Counted from the whole stretch's first letter, positions 37,647 through 50,505 are shown. The stretch is DNA of 63,834 nt, filler included, from Chiloscyllium plagiosum (GCF_004010195.1; 5 parts of one record of this genome joined end to end with filler, not necessarily neighbours in it); one strand, 5' to 3'. The notes: generated by a model from the letters alone, not told the origin. Translations and numbers: made by a program.

Positions 37647-37759
37647 CTGTGGAAGTGTAGTTATACTGCGTTTCTGTTTCCCTGATAAAACATACGGGGT
37701 TACAAACTTGTAACCTTTCAAATCTTTTTTGAAAAGGTTTTCCTGGACCGATTTGTAAC
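37647..37759 (-). CDS. Probable early prodomain exon of the ADAM gene
   Basis: Strong acceptor cttttctttcaacag| and donor CAG|gtaatt; 113 nt, phase 1 to 0. Open frame (G)YKSVQENLFKKDLKGYKFVTPYVLSGKQKRSITTLPQ resembles the ADAM prodomain start (Y-x-x-V-x-P...KR). Lies in non-repeat sequence on the same strand as the EGF exon. Confidence 0.65.
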
Positions 37760-38141
37760 CTGTTGAAAGAAAAGTGACACATAAGAACAAAGGAATGAGG
37801 ATGCTGAAAATCTGGAATCTGCTGAAGTTGGACTGTTATTTGAGAAGGAAACATCAGTTAGTTTCAGTTATTACACGTCACCGGCCTAATCTTACTGCCA
37901 GAGATATTTGATGGAGAAGAAGAACAGTCATTCAGAAAGCCTCAGATCGATCAGGTCAGCATGTTTGTTGTGGAATGTTCACATTACTCTACCAATAGAA
38001 TATTTGAGGAGGCAATAAGGACAGTTGCTAAATGCACCACATTTGATGTTCTATTATGTAGATTTTAACAACAGTTTTTAAACTTCTACACTGACTCAAG
38101 AAAGCAGTTTATCACCATCTAGTCAAGAGCAATTAAAGATG

Positions 38142-38268
38142 CTAAAAAATGTGTTGCTGGAAAAGCGCAGCAGGTCAGGCAGCATCCAAGGAGCAGGAGA
38201 ATCGACATTTCGGGCATAAGCACTTCTTCAGCTCTGATCTCCAGCATCTGCAGTCCTCACTTTCTCCT
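38142..38268. mobile_element. Penelope 3'-end insertion, family A, partly inverted
   Basis: Perfect 14 bp TSD agcaattaaagatg (38128-38141, 38269-38282). Confidence 0.85.
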
Positions 38269-38809
38269 AGCAATTAAAGATGGTCAATTAATGTTGGCTG
38301 AGCCAGCATCATCCATATCCCATGAACATATATATTTAACAATGTAATGGGTGACCGGAAACGTCCAGAGGGTTCAATATGAGGTCTCCTTGTTCTTCAT
38401 GATCTACATCAATGATTTGGACCAAAATATAGAGGGCATTGTTTAGAAATTTGCATATGATGCAAAAATTATTTGCATGTTTGATACTGGGAGAAGGGCT
38501 GTGTACAGCAGGAAGTGATAAATGGATTGGTAGCAGAATGGATAAAAGTGATAAATGGATTGAGCAGAAATATGGGTATTAAAATTTCATCTGGAGAAGG
38601 TTTGAGATCATGCATTTGGAAAGGACAAACAAGACACAGAACAAGACAATGAGTAAAAGGATGCTGAGAAACACCGAGGATAGGGGGAACCTTGGAGTTG
38701 TGATCAACACTGAACTTGACCTGTCAGTTATGTTTTAAAGTAACACTTTAACAAGCAAATACAGTATTAATAAAGGGGGCTGTTGGAAACAGAATAAAAA
38801 ATCTCAATA

Positions 38810-39271
38810 GTGGGAGGTGATGGCCTTATAATCCAGAAACTCAGCAAATGTTCTGTGTTCAAATCCTGCGACAGCAGATGTTGGGATTTGAATTTTGAAA
38901 AAATCTTGTGTTCAGAATCTACTGATAACCAGAAATCCGTTATCAAATGTCAGGAAAACATTCACCAATGTACTTAAGGAAAGGAAACTGCTATGCTTAC
39001 CTGGTCTGGCCTACATGTGACTCCAGACCCTCTCAAGTGCCCTCTGAAATGGCCGAGAAAGCCATTCAGTTTTATTAATCACTCAAACTGAAAAAAACGG
39101 AATGAAACTGGACAGACCATTTGACATCAACTAAGGAAATGACATCAGCAAAAATAGCCCAATCGACCCTGGAAAGTCCCCCTCACTAACATCTGGAAGC
39201 TAGTACCAAAACTGGGAGAGCTGTCTCACAGACTGGTTAAGCAACAGCCTGACATGGTCATACTCACGGAA
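38810..39271 (+). mobile_element. LINE 5' fragment with tRNA-like head and APE start
   Basis: Same head as 15265-15921, followed by NIWKLVPKLGELSHRLVKQQPDMVILTE. Confidence 0.65.
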
Positions 39272-39551
39272 TAGACAATAGACAATAGACAATAGGTGCA
39301 GGAGTAGGCCATTCAGCCCTTCGAGCCTGCACCGCCATTCAATATAATCATGGCTGATCATTCCTAATCAGTATCCTGTTCCTGCCTTATCTCCATAACC
39401 CTTGATTCCACTATCTTTGAGAGCTCTATCCAACTCCTTGTTAAATGAATCCAGAGAGTGGGCCTCCACTGCCCTCTGGGGCAGAGCATTCCACACAACC
39501 ACCACTCTCTGGGTGAAGACGTTTCTCCTGAGCTCTGTCCTAAATGGTCCA
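39271..39551 (-). mobile_element. CR1 3' end with (ctattgt)n tail
   Basis: Near reverse complement of about 61870-62140. Confidence 0.9.
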
Positions 39552-39651
39552 NNNNNNNNNNNNNNNNNNNNNNNNNNNNNNNNNNNNNNNNNNNNTTAAT
39601 TAATTAANNNNNNNNNNNNNNNNNNNNNNNNNNNNNNNNNNNNNNNNNNNN

Positions 39652-41721
39652 CTCACATTTAGCTGCATTGAACTCCATTTGCCACCTCTCAGCCCAATTC
39701 TGCAGTTTATCCAAGTCCCCCTGCAACCTGTAACATTCTTCCATATTGTCCACTACTCCACTGACTTTAGTGTTATCTGCAAATTTACTAACCCAACCAC
39801 CTATGCCTGCGTCTAAGCCATTTATAAAACGACAAACAGCAGTGGTCCCAAAACAGATCCTTGTGGCACACCACTAGTAACCGGACTCCAGGCTGAATAT
39901 TTTCCATCAACTACCACTCGCTGCCTTCTTTCAGAAAGCCAGTTTCTAATCCAAACTGCTAAATCACCCTCAATCCCATGTCTTTGCATTTTCTCCAACA
40001 GCCTCCCATGTGGAACCTTTTCATTTACTAAAGTCCATGTATACCACGTCAACTACGCTACCCTCATCTACATGCTTGGTCACCTCAAAAAACTCAGTGA
40101 GGTTTGTGAGACATGACCTGCCTTTGACGAAATCATGTTGAATATCTGCAAACAAATTGTTGTTTGTGAGATGATTAAAAATCCTATCTCTTAGAATCCT
40201 TTCCCAAACTTTTCCTACAACAGACATAAGGCTCACTAGTCTATAATTACTTGGGTCATCTCTACTGCCCTTCTTGAACTAGGGCACAACATTTACAATC
40301 CTCCTGTCCTCTGGTACTAAACCTGTAGACAATGATGACTCAAAGATCAAAGCCAAAGGCTCCAACGCCTTCTCCCGAGCTGGCCAGAGAATCCTCGGAT
40401 AAATCCCATGGGGCCCAGGAGACTTGCCTACTTTTGCTCCTTCTAGAATTGATAACACCTCTTCCTTACGAACCTTGATCCTTTCTAATCTAAAATCGTG
40501 TATCTCATTCTTCTCCTCTAAATATTCTCCTTTTCCTGAGTGAAAAACAATGAGAAATATTCATTTAGCACCTCTCTGATTTCCACAGGATCCATACACA
40601 ACTTCCCACTTCTGCCTTTGACTGGCCCTATTCCTACCCTAGTCATCCATTTATTCCTCACATACTTTTCAAAAGCTTTAGGGTTCTCCTTTATCCTACC
40701 GCATCATCTGAACCATCTCGTCTCAATGAGGCATAACCTCCTTCTTCCGCATAACGAGAGATACAATTTCTGTAGTAAAACATGGTTCCCTAATCTTATC
40801 ACTTCCTCCCTGCCTCACAGGGACATATCTATCACAGACATGCAATATCTGTTCCTTAAACCAGCTCCACATTTCAATTGCCCCATCCTCTGCATTTTGC
40901 TGCCCCATTCTATGCATCCTAAGTCTTGCCTAATTGCATTATAATTGCCCTTCCACCCTCCATAACTCATGCCCTGTTGCCCTATTCCTTTCCATCGCTA
41001 AACTAAAGGTAACTGAATTATGGTCACTTTCTTCGAAGTGCTCACCTACAACTAAATCAAACACATGGCCTGGTTCATAACCAAGCTCCATATCTAGTAT
41101 GGCCTCCCCTCTTGTCGCCCCTTCGACATACTGTGTCAGGAAACCCTCCTGTACACATTGGACAAAAACTGATCCATTCAACATACCACAGTTATAGCAT
41201 TTCCAGTTAATGTTGGGGAAGTTAAAGTCCCCCATTTTGACCACCCTGTCCCTTTCACTCCTACCCAGAATTGTTTTGCTGATCCTCTCCTCCACCTCCC
41301 TGGAACTCTGCAGAGACCTATAAAAAACTCCCAACAGGGTGACCTCTCCTCTCCTGTTTCTAATCTCAGCCCATACTATCTCAGTAGATGGGTCTTCATC
41401 AAAAGTTCTTTAAGCCACCGTTATACTGTCCTTGATTAACAAGGCCATACCTTCCCCTCTTTTACCACCTTCCCAATTCTTAATGAAAGATCTAAACCAT
41501 GGAACCTGCAACATCCATTCCTGACCCTGGTGTATCCATGTCTCTGAAATCTCCACGACATCGAGGTCCCAGGTACCTATCCATGCTGCAAGCTCACTAC
41601 CTTTCTCCGAATGCTCCTGGAGTTGAAGTGGACACACTTCAAATCAGCTTGCTGTCTGCCAGCACATTCTTGTGACTGTGAATTCCTGTCCATGCCCTCC
41701 CTACTCTCATCCTCCTGTGCA
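39652..41721 (-). mobile_element. CR1 ORF2 (APE and RT), decayed
   Basis: [42 protein letters not shown]. Confidence 0.92.
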
Positions 41722-42425
41722 NNNNNNNNNNNNNNNNNNNNNNNNNNNNNNNNNNNNNNNNNNNNNNNNNNNNNNNNNNNNNNNNNNNNNNNNNNNNNNN
41801 NNNNNNNNNNNNNNNNNNNNNNNNNNNNNNNNNNNNNNNNNNNNNNNNNNNNNNNNNNNNNNNNNNNNNNNNNNNNNNNNNNNNNNNNNNNNNNNNNNNN
41901 NNNNNNNNNNNNNNNNNNNNNNNNNNNNNNNNNNNNNNNNNNNNNNNNNNNNNNNNNNNNNNNNNNNNNNNNNNNNNNNNNNNNNNNNNNNNNNNNNNNN
42001 NNNNNNNNNNNNNNNNNNNNNNNNNNNNNNNNNNNNNNNNNNNNNNNNNNNNNNNNNNNNNNNNNNNNNNNNNNNNNNNNNNNNNNNNNNNNNNNNNNNN
42101 NNNNNNNNNNNNNNNNNNNNNNNNNNNNNNNNNNNNNNNNNNNNNNNNNNNNNNNNNNNNNNNNNNNNNNNNNNNNNNNNNNNNNNNNNNNNNNNNNNNN
42201 NNNNNNNNNNNNNNNNNNNNNNNNNNNNNNNNNNNNNNNNNNNNNNNNNNNNNNNNNNNNNNNNNNNNNNNNNNNNNNNNNNNNNNNNNNNNNNNNNNNN
42301 NNNNNNNNNNNNNNNNNNNNNNNNNNNNNNNNNNNNNNNNNNNNNNNNNNNNNNNNNNNNNNNNNNNNNNNNNNNNNNNNNNNNNNNNNNNNNNNNNNNN
42401 NNNNNNNNNNNNNNNNNNNNNNNNN

Positions 42426-43260
42426 NTTTGCTCGCTGAGCTGGAAGGTTCATTTCCAGATGTTTTGTCACCCTACTGAGTAGCATCTTCAGTGGGCCTCA
42501 GGCTGCTGATAAGTCCTGCTTTCTATTTAAATGTTTGGGTTTCTTTGGATTGTCATTTCCTGTGGTGATGTCATTTCCGGTGGTGAAGTCACTTCCTGTT
42601 CTTTTTCTCAGGGGTGGTAGATGGGGGTCTAACTCAATGTGTTTGTTGATAGAGTTCCGGTTGAAATGCCATGCTTCGAGGAATTCTCGTGCGTGTCTTT
42701 GTTTGGTTTATCCTAGGATGGATGTGTTGTCCCAGTCGAGGTGGTGTCCTTCCTCATCCATATGTAAGGATACCAGTGAGAGAGGGTCATGTCGTTTTGT
42801 GGCTAGTTTTCTGCCTGGTTGTCCAATGTAATGTTTGTCACAGTCCTTACATGGTATTTTGTAAATGACGTTAGTTTTGCTTATTGTCTGTATAGGGTCT
42901 TTCATTAGCTGCTGTTTTAGTGTGTTGGTGGGTTTGTGGGCTACCATGATGCTAAGGGGTCTGAGTAGTCTGGCAGTCATTTCCAAGATGTCTTTGATAT
43001 AGGGGAGAGTAGCTAGGATTCCTGGACAAAACCCCCTGAGTAAAAGAACAGGAAATGACACCACCATGGGAAATGACATCACCAACCTAAAGAAACCCAA
43101 ACGTATAAATAGAAAGCAGAACTTATCAGCAGTGCTTCGCCAGAGGCCCATTGAAGGTGTTACCTAGTAGGGTGACAAAATGTCTGGAAATGAACCTTCC
43201 AGCTCAGCGAGCAAACCTACATCCAGAACCTCAACCTGAACTGCAAATCTTCGCAAAGTC
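42426..43260 (-). mobile_element. Penelope-like element 3' part with GIY-YIG endonuclease and inverted terminal repeats
   Basis: NVIYKIPCKDCDKHYIGQPGRKL; 42426-42615 recurs inverted at about 43030-43217. Confidence 0.88.
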
Positions 43261-44125
43261 CACTCCACCCTAGCTCCCTGAAATTCTGCCTTATGTCCCC
43301 ATCCTTCTTTCTACCTATGTCATTGGGAACCACATGGACCATGACTTGGGACTGGTTACCCTCTCCCTTCAGGACCTCAAAGACACGATCCGACACATCA
43401 CACCTGGGAGGCAACACACCAACTGTGAGTCTTGTTCGTTCCCAATAAATCTTTGTCTGACCCTCTAACTATTGAGTCCCCAGTGACTAACACTCTCCTC
43501 CTTTCCCTCCTTCCCTTCTGTGCAACAGGGACAGGCTCTGTGCCAGAGACCTGGGCCCCACTGCATGTCCCTGGTAAGTCATTCCCCAACAGTATCCAAA
43601 ATGGTATGCTTGTTTTTCAGAGGAACAATCACAGGGGATCCCTCCACTGACTGTTTTTTCCCCTTCGAACAGTTACCCAGCTTTCTTTGACCCTGTAACT
43701 CTTATCTATCAACAGCCTCTGCATCCCGAATATGCTCCAGTTCCCTAACACGGTCTTGGAGGAGCGATAGTTGGGTGCACTTCCTGCAGATGTACTTGGA
43801 TGGGACACTAATGGCATCCCTCACCTCTAAAATCATGCAGGAGGAACATTGCTCTGCCTGCACTACCATCCCTGCTAGTCCCCTAGTCACAAAGTAAAAA
43901 AGAAATGCTTACCTGATGTGTCCCCTGTGTTTAAGGTTTGAGGAGGTGGTTGGGTGGGAGGCCGTACAAGGGTCAGCTCTCGGGTTTAGAAAACACTCAC
44001 TTACATAGCTGGACAGAAATAAAAACGTTCCTCCTTTCCCAGAAACCTCTGCTCTCCGATTCAGATGTAAAAGCTCAAATCAGTGACTCACCGCTCCCGA
44101 CAGGCCCTGGTCCAAGCTCCTCCCC
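43260..44125 (-). mobile_element. CR1 5' UTR and ORF1 (zinc finger and esterase)
   Basis: QCSSCMILEV...YICRKCTQL; VTGDSIVRG; VHVVPNDIG. Possibly the same element as 39652-41721. Confidence 0.8.
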
Positions 44126-45039
44126 TTAGAGCTGCTGCTACTGTTGACAAACAGAAAAACAGAGTTGATGTTTCAGGCATAAGCCCTTCATCAGTAATGT
44201 GGGGGGGAAAGGAGGCTGAGAGATAAATAGGAGGATATGGAGGGTCATGGTGGACTTGTTGGGCCGAATGGCCTGTTTCCACACTGAAGGGAATCTAATC
44301 GAATCTAATCTAAAAAAAACAGTCTGTGAGAAACCTTCAACACTCCTGGCAAGCTGGATGACCACATCTACACCAAGTACCACTGGATTGACCAGTTTGA
44401 GCAATGGGTGCTGGAGTCTGGGCACGAGTTGGAGGCACTGCCATGCATTAGTGAGGCTGAGAATTATGTGGACAGCATGTCTTTAGATATGGCTAGCCCA
44501 CAACATGAAGCACAGTCAGTGAAGGATTGGATGACCAGAAGAAGGGAAGCCAACAGGCTAGCAGGAATGCTCCTGTGTGCATCTCACTGTCTGGAAATGG
44601 TGAGAGGGATGGTTCCTCTGGGGAGCACAGATAGAGCCAGGCTACACAAGGGTAGAGCTGAAATAAATGTGCAACAGTGGTAGAAGATTCAACAGTGAGC
44701 AATGTTCGCTCTGAGCTGCTTGGCTGACACTGCTCAATCTCTCTCTCCATAAGTCAAGCCCCTCACCCCTGGTATCAATCTCCGAACTGCTTCAAATGCA
44801 CTGCATCCCTCCTCAATTCAGGGGACCAACACTGTGGATGACACTCCAGGTGCAGTCTCGCTAATGCCTTGTATGGGTGGGGCAGGATTGACTGGTACGA
44901 GGAGTCAGTTTGAAGATATTAGGAGGAAGGTATACAGGGGATGTCAGATGAAGGTTCTTTGCACACTTTTATATTCTATTCCTTTAAATAAATTCCCAAA
45001 TTCCACTTGTCTTCATAATGACCTGCTGTACCTGCAGAC

Positions 45040-46270
45040 TAAAACATAAAACATAGAACATTACAATACAGTACAGACCCTTTGGCCCTCAATGATGCAC
45101 CAACCTGTGGAACCAATCTGTAGCCCATCTATCCCACACTATCCCATTTTTATCAATATGTTTATCCAATGACCAAGCTGGCGAGTCTACTACTGTTGCA
45201 AGCAGGGTGTTCTATGCCTCTACTATTCTCTGAGTAAAGAAACTACCTCTGATGTCTGTCCTATATCTATCACCCCTCATTTTAAAGCTGTGTCCCCACG
45301 TGCTAGCCATCACCATCTGAGGAAAAAGGCTCTCCCTGTCCACCCTATCTAACCCTCTGATTATCTTATATGTCTCAATTAAGTCACCTCTCAACCTTCT
45401 TCTCTCTAACAAAAACAGCCTCAGTTCCCTCAGCCTTTACTCATAAGACCTTCCCTCCATACCAGGCAACATCCTGGTAAATCTCCTCTGAACCCTTTCC
45501 AAAGCTTCCACATTCTTCCTATAATGCAGTGACCAGAACTGTACACGATATTCCAAGAGCAGCCGCACCAGAGTTTTGCACAGAGCATGACCTCATAGCT
45601 CCTAAACCCAATCCCTCTACCAATAAAAGCTAACACACTGTATGCCTTCTGAACAACCCTATCAATGAGTGGCAACTTTCAGGGATCTACGTACATGGAC
45701 ACCGAGATCTCTCTGCTCATCAACATTACCAAGAATCTTTCCAAGACTAGTTTTCTGCAATTCACACACGATGAAACTCAGGTCCCTTTGTACTGAAGCA
45801 CTCTGAAGTTTCTCTCTATTTAGATAATAATTTGCCTTTCTATTCCTCCAAATAAAATGAATAACTTTATACTTATCCATGTTAAATCCATCTGCCGAAC
45901 TTTGACCCATTTGCCTAACCTATCCATATCCATTTGTAAATGTCTTATTTCTACATTGCAACTTAAGTTTCCACCTATTTTAGTGTCATCTGCAAATCTG
46001 GTTGTGTTATTTTCTATTTCTGCATCCAAGTCATTAATATCATGTAAATAAGTGGGGCCCAAGGACTGAACCATTTAACACTCCACCAGTTCGATCTTGC
46101 CAAATAAAAAAGGGCCCATTTTTCCCGACTCTGAGAAATCTGTTGGTTAGCCAAACTTCTACCCAAGTTAATAAATTCCCCCTAACCCCATGTGATCTTC
46201 CCTTGTGTGGCACCTTATCAAATGCCTTCTGGAAGTCCAGATACATTACATTTACACATTCCCATCTGCT
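45040..46270 (-). mobile_element. Nested CR1 3' and RT fragments
   Basis: YLDFQKAFDKVPH, FADDTK, RRRLRGDLIETYK. Confidence 0.88.
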
Positions 46271-46896
46271 TGTTACACCCTTGAAGAAGTAATGGGAAGA
46301 AAAACCGTGAAAGGCTTAGAGGGGGCAGACTTCTTAAAAATGTATCCAGGAAATGAGGTATGCAAGATAATGAGTGGAATAGACTTTTCCCCAGGGCAGG
46401 ATTGACTGGTACGAGGAGTCAGTTTGAAGATATTAGGAGGAAGGTATACAGGGATGTCAGATGAAGGTTCTTTACACAGAGAGTTGTGACTGCATGGAAT
46501 CCGTTGCCAGCTGTGATGGAAGCAGAGTCATTAGGGACATTTAAGCAACTGCTGGACATGCACATGGACAGCAGTGAGTTGAGGGGTGCTTAGGTTAAAT
46601 TATTATATTTTACATTAGGATTAAACCTCGGCACAACATTGTGGGCCAAAGGACCTGTTCTGTGCTGTAATTTTATATGTTCTATGTTCTATGAAATCTA
46701 AAACAGCACATAGATAATCCTACAAAGTGGCAGTGCTGGACCTAAGTTTTGGGAATGAAGCCAGACAGGTGTTGGAGTGTCAGTGGGAGAGTATTTCAGG
46801 GAGAAAGTGAGGTCTGCAGATGCTGGAGATCAAAGTTGAAACTTTATTGCTGGAACAGCACAGCAGGTCAGGCAGCATCCAGGGAACAGGAGATTC

Positions 46897-46924
46897 GACG
46901 TTTCGGGCACAGGCCCTTCTTCAG
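46897..46924 (-). ncRNA. Minimal hammerhead ribozyme core in a family A insertion (about 46800-46924)
   Basis: CTGAAGA-AGGGC-ctgt-GCCC-GAAAC-GTC; flanking duplication agtatttcag. Confidence 0.7.
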
Positions 46925-47383
46925 TATTTCAGCACTAGTTAACATCATTCTGTAAGTTTTAAGATAGTCATGGGGAAGACAAAGCTGGACCCGAAGTAAA
47001 GCTTTTAGGTGGGAGTAAGTCATTTTACTGTGATGAGACAGGACCTGGCCAATGTGGACTGGCAGCAGTTACTTGTCAGTATATCGACATCAGAGCAATG
47101 GGTGTCCTTCAAAAAGAAAATGGTGAGAGTGCAGCGCCAACATGTTCCCATAAAGGTGAAACATGGCTGAGCAAGGCCAGAGTAACCTGGAGCTCAAGGA
47201 ATGTGCATGATGTTCGAAGGAATAAATGGAAAACTTTCAATGTATAACAAAGCATCAAAATGCTCGAGGTCAAATAGGAGTTACTTAAAAAAAGAAATTA
47301 GGAAAGCAAACAGGGAGATGAAAAACACTGGCAGATGAAATAAGGGAAAATCCAAACGTAATTGCTAAGTATATTAGGAGCAA

Positions 47384-47680
47384 AGTTAAAAATCGAACAG
47401 CATCAGGTTATAGTCCAACATGTTTATTTGGAAGCACTAGCTTTCAGAGCACTGCTCCTTCATCAGGTGGTTGTGAAGTATAAGATTGTAGGACACAGAA
47501 TTTATAGCAACAGTTTACAGCGTGATGTAACTGAAATTATATTATGAAAAAGACCTGGATTGTCTCTCATCTTTTAGAATGGGCATGTTGGTTTCAGTTC
47601 TTTCATATGTAAATCCCAGAACTTCCTGAAAGTTACATTCTCAAGTGAGCTTTAACAATAGGTGCCATGTTGGCCCATTC
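47384..47680 (-). mobile_element. Penelope-type 3' end, family C, with hammerhead-like core at about 47436-47466
   Basis: Minus strand CTGATGA-AGGAGC-agt-GCTCT-GAAA-GCTA. Confidence 0.6.
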
Positions 47681-48656
47681 AAACCTCTGTATTCACAACA
47701 CAGTCAAATTCAAACTTGCAAAGATACTCAAATTTAACTTCAATGCTTCCAACCCAATCTTTTTAAATAATCAATCAAAAAGATGGGTTGGAACCAAATA
47801 ATCAAATAATTTGCAAACAATCAATTCTCCACACCAGTTTGTAACATGAACAAAAGATTTAGTAATTTATTCACAATGCAATAACTTTAGGAAAGCAAAA
47901 TTAAACAACAAAGTACTTTAATTGGTTTATGCTTTAATCCTAATAACCTTTGTTTCCATCCCCATTCACACAAAGACAGACAAACAAAACAAATTCAGTT
48001 AAGGGATAATTAAAAGAAAACAACAAAACTGACCAGATCACTGAAGTGCTTTTCTTGATGTGTTGTTCCACATCATGGTTGATTTTCTGAAGATGTTGAT
48101 CAGGGTCACCTGTACAGTTCTTTCAGATAAAGACCATATTACTGATAGCTTCAATTTCTATTCCCTGAGCTTCCAAGAGCTGCTCACGGGAGGTTAGGCA
48201 GAGTGATTTCAAATCTTCATGCTGGTGCATCAACAGCCAGATTCTTTCTCACAGAAAAGCCAGTCCAAAACCCAATTCAAACTCTGACCATCTTCTCCAC
48301 AAGATTCCCCTTACCATTCACCAACTGCCAGCTGCATGAGCATAAGGTGCTGTTGGAACCCATTCACAGGCACTGTCCTTGTTCGTGGCCACCTTCTGCT
48401 ATCTGTTTATCTTCCTCAGTGGCAAAGCATCTGCAGAACCCACCTGCAACTAGCTTCCAGATCTAGCCTCACAATAAACAAAAGCCTGTTTGATCTGATT
48501 CCCTTTACATACAGGAGCATCCTTAGCTCACAGTTCCCAGATCACAGCTCCAAACCAAAACTGATAACATTCAAAAAAGGTAATGAAAAATAAGCAAGGG
48601 CCTTGAACAACATTCATTTCAAGTCTTCTCTGGATAGAGGGAAAAAGCCAAAGAGC

Positions 48657-48865
48657 TGGGCGGCACAGTGGCTCTGTGGTGAGCCTCACAGTGCCAGGAA
48701 CCCGGGTTCAATTCCCGCCTTGGGCAACTGTCTGCGTGGATTTCCTCCCACAGTCCAAAGATGTGCAGGTCAGGTGAATTGGCCATGCTAAATTCCCCGT
48801 AGTGTTAGTTGCATTAGTCAGGGGTAAATGTAGGGAATTGCATCTGGGCGGGTTGCTCTTCAGCT
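48657..48865 (+). mobile_element. HE1-type SINE, internally deleted
   Basis: B box ggttcaattcc and body shared with 22205. Confidence 0.8.
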
Positions 48866-49299
48866 GTCCAGCCAACTGAGCTAACCAACAACTCTGTAAC
48901 TGTCTGTCTATGACACCATCTGAAAAGGTGAAGCCTTTAACTCTGTGTCTAAGTGATAAAACCCCAAGAGGAATGAGCAACATACATTATGCAGACAGAT
49001 ACATACCTCTATCAGTAACTTATTCAAACTATAAATCTGACTGAGTATCAGGAGATTTCGAACAATATTGTTTGTAGCAATATGTAATGCATATTACCCA
49101 AACCAATTAGTGTGAATTCTCCCACCAGTATATTCCAGCTTGTCCGAGTGCCACACTGCTGCCCCAGCTCCACATTCAGGACTCTGCTCCCACTGTGTCG
49201 TAGTGACATACTGGACTCACTGGGAGGAGAGTGCATGGGACCTGGGGGCAACACTCAGTGTGGGTGCACAAACCTACATAGAGAATTACTCCCTGAACC

Positions 49300-49632
49300 A
49301 CTGACTCCCTCTCTCAGAACTACTCTCTCTGACCCATTCTTACTAACCATGTCTCTCTCTCTGACTGCCTCTCTCTCTTTCTCTCTGACCATCTCTCTCT
49401 CTTTTTCCCTCTCTCTCACTGACTGTCTCTCTCTTTCCCTAATTCTCTCCCTCACCAGCCCTCCAACTTTGCATGTATAACCATCACTCTCTCTGCCTCT
49501 ATCTCTCTCTCACTCTCTATATCTCTGCCCCTCGATCGCTATATCATTGTCTGACTCTCTTTCTCACTCTCCTTCTCTGATCCTCTCACTCGCTTTCTTT
49601 GACCCAGTCTCTCTCTCTCTCTCTCTCTCTCT
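49300..49632 (+). repeat. CT-rich low-complexity tract ending in (CT)n
   Basis: Directly visible. Confidence 0.9.
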
Positions 49633-50014
49633 GGTATTACACCGTTATTCTCTGTTATTTCATCATTGTCATTCTGTATTTCATCATTGTCACTCTTGTA
49701 TTCTTGAATCATTGGGATCATTTGTGGGCACGGTAGGACATGTACAACTGGGATGGCCTACACCTGAATGGACTCTCTTTAAGTTACATCTTTCTATTTA
49801 TTTTTTCCCCTTATATTTAAACTATTAAAAATGGCACTAGATCGTTGGAAAAGTATTTCACTAATTTAACTATTTCACTCCCTGTAAAATATATGCTATT
49901 TATTCAACCACACTAGGACTAACGTCCTTCTAGTTAGGTTTGCTAGTGCTGTTGGGAGGAGTTTAGGAAAGGATACAGAACATTGATGAAACATGGACAA
50001 GATCAAGCTGCAGC

Positions 50015-50387
50015 CACATAATGCAGATTTCTCCAGCTTCCTCATTTCCCTTCCCCCCACCTTATCTCAGTCCCAATCCTCAGACTCAGCACCGCCTTCT
50101 TGACCTGCGATCTTCTTCCCGACCTCTCCGCCCCCACCCCTTCTTTGGCCTATCACCCTCACCTTAACCTCCCTCCACCTATCGCATTCCCAACGCCCTT
50201 CCCCCAAGTCCCTCCTCCCTACTTTTTATCTTAGCCTGCTTGGCACACTTTCCTCATTCCTGAAGAAGGGCTCATGCCCGAAATGTCGATTCTCCTGCTA
50301 CTTGGATGCTGCCTGACCCACTGCACTTTTCCAGCAACACATTTTTCAGCTCTGATCTCCAGCATCTGCAGTCCTTACTTTCTCCAC
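50015..50387 (+). mobile_element. Long non-inverted family A Penelope 3' end (C-rich UTR, hammerhead core near 50260-50287, terminus)
   Basis: CTGAAGA-AGGGC-tcat-GCCC-GAAATGTC; TSD atcaagctgcagc at 50002-50014 and 50388-50400. Confidence 0.85.
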
Positions 50388-50505
50388 ATCAAGCTGCAGC
50401 AAAGGAAGCAAGTCACAGTGAGTTTAGCCATGGTGAGTGTCAAATAGTAAGGCAAGGCTGGATGGCCTTCAATGCTAGGACTGTAATAGGTAAAGTCAGA
50501 AGTAT

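Noticed and set aside
49112..49828. ER-rich and SL-rich ORFs
   Set aside because: Translations of CT/GA low-complexity sequence.
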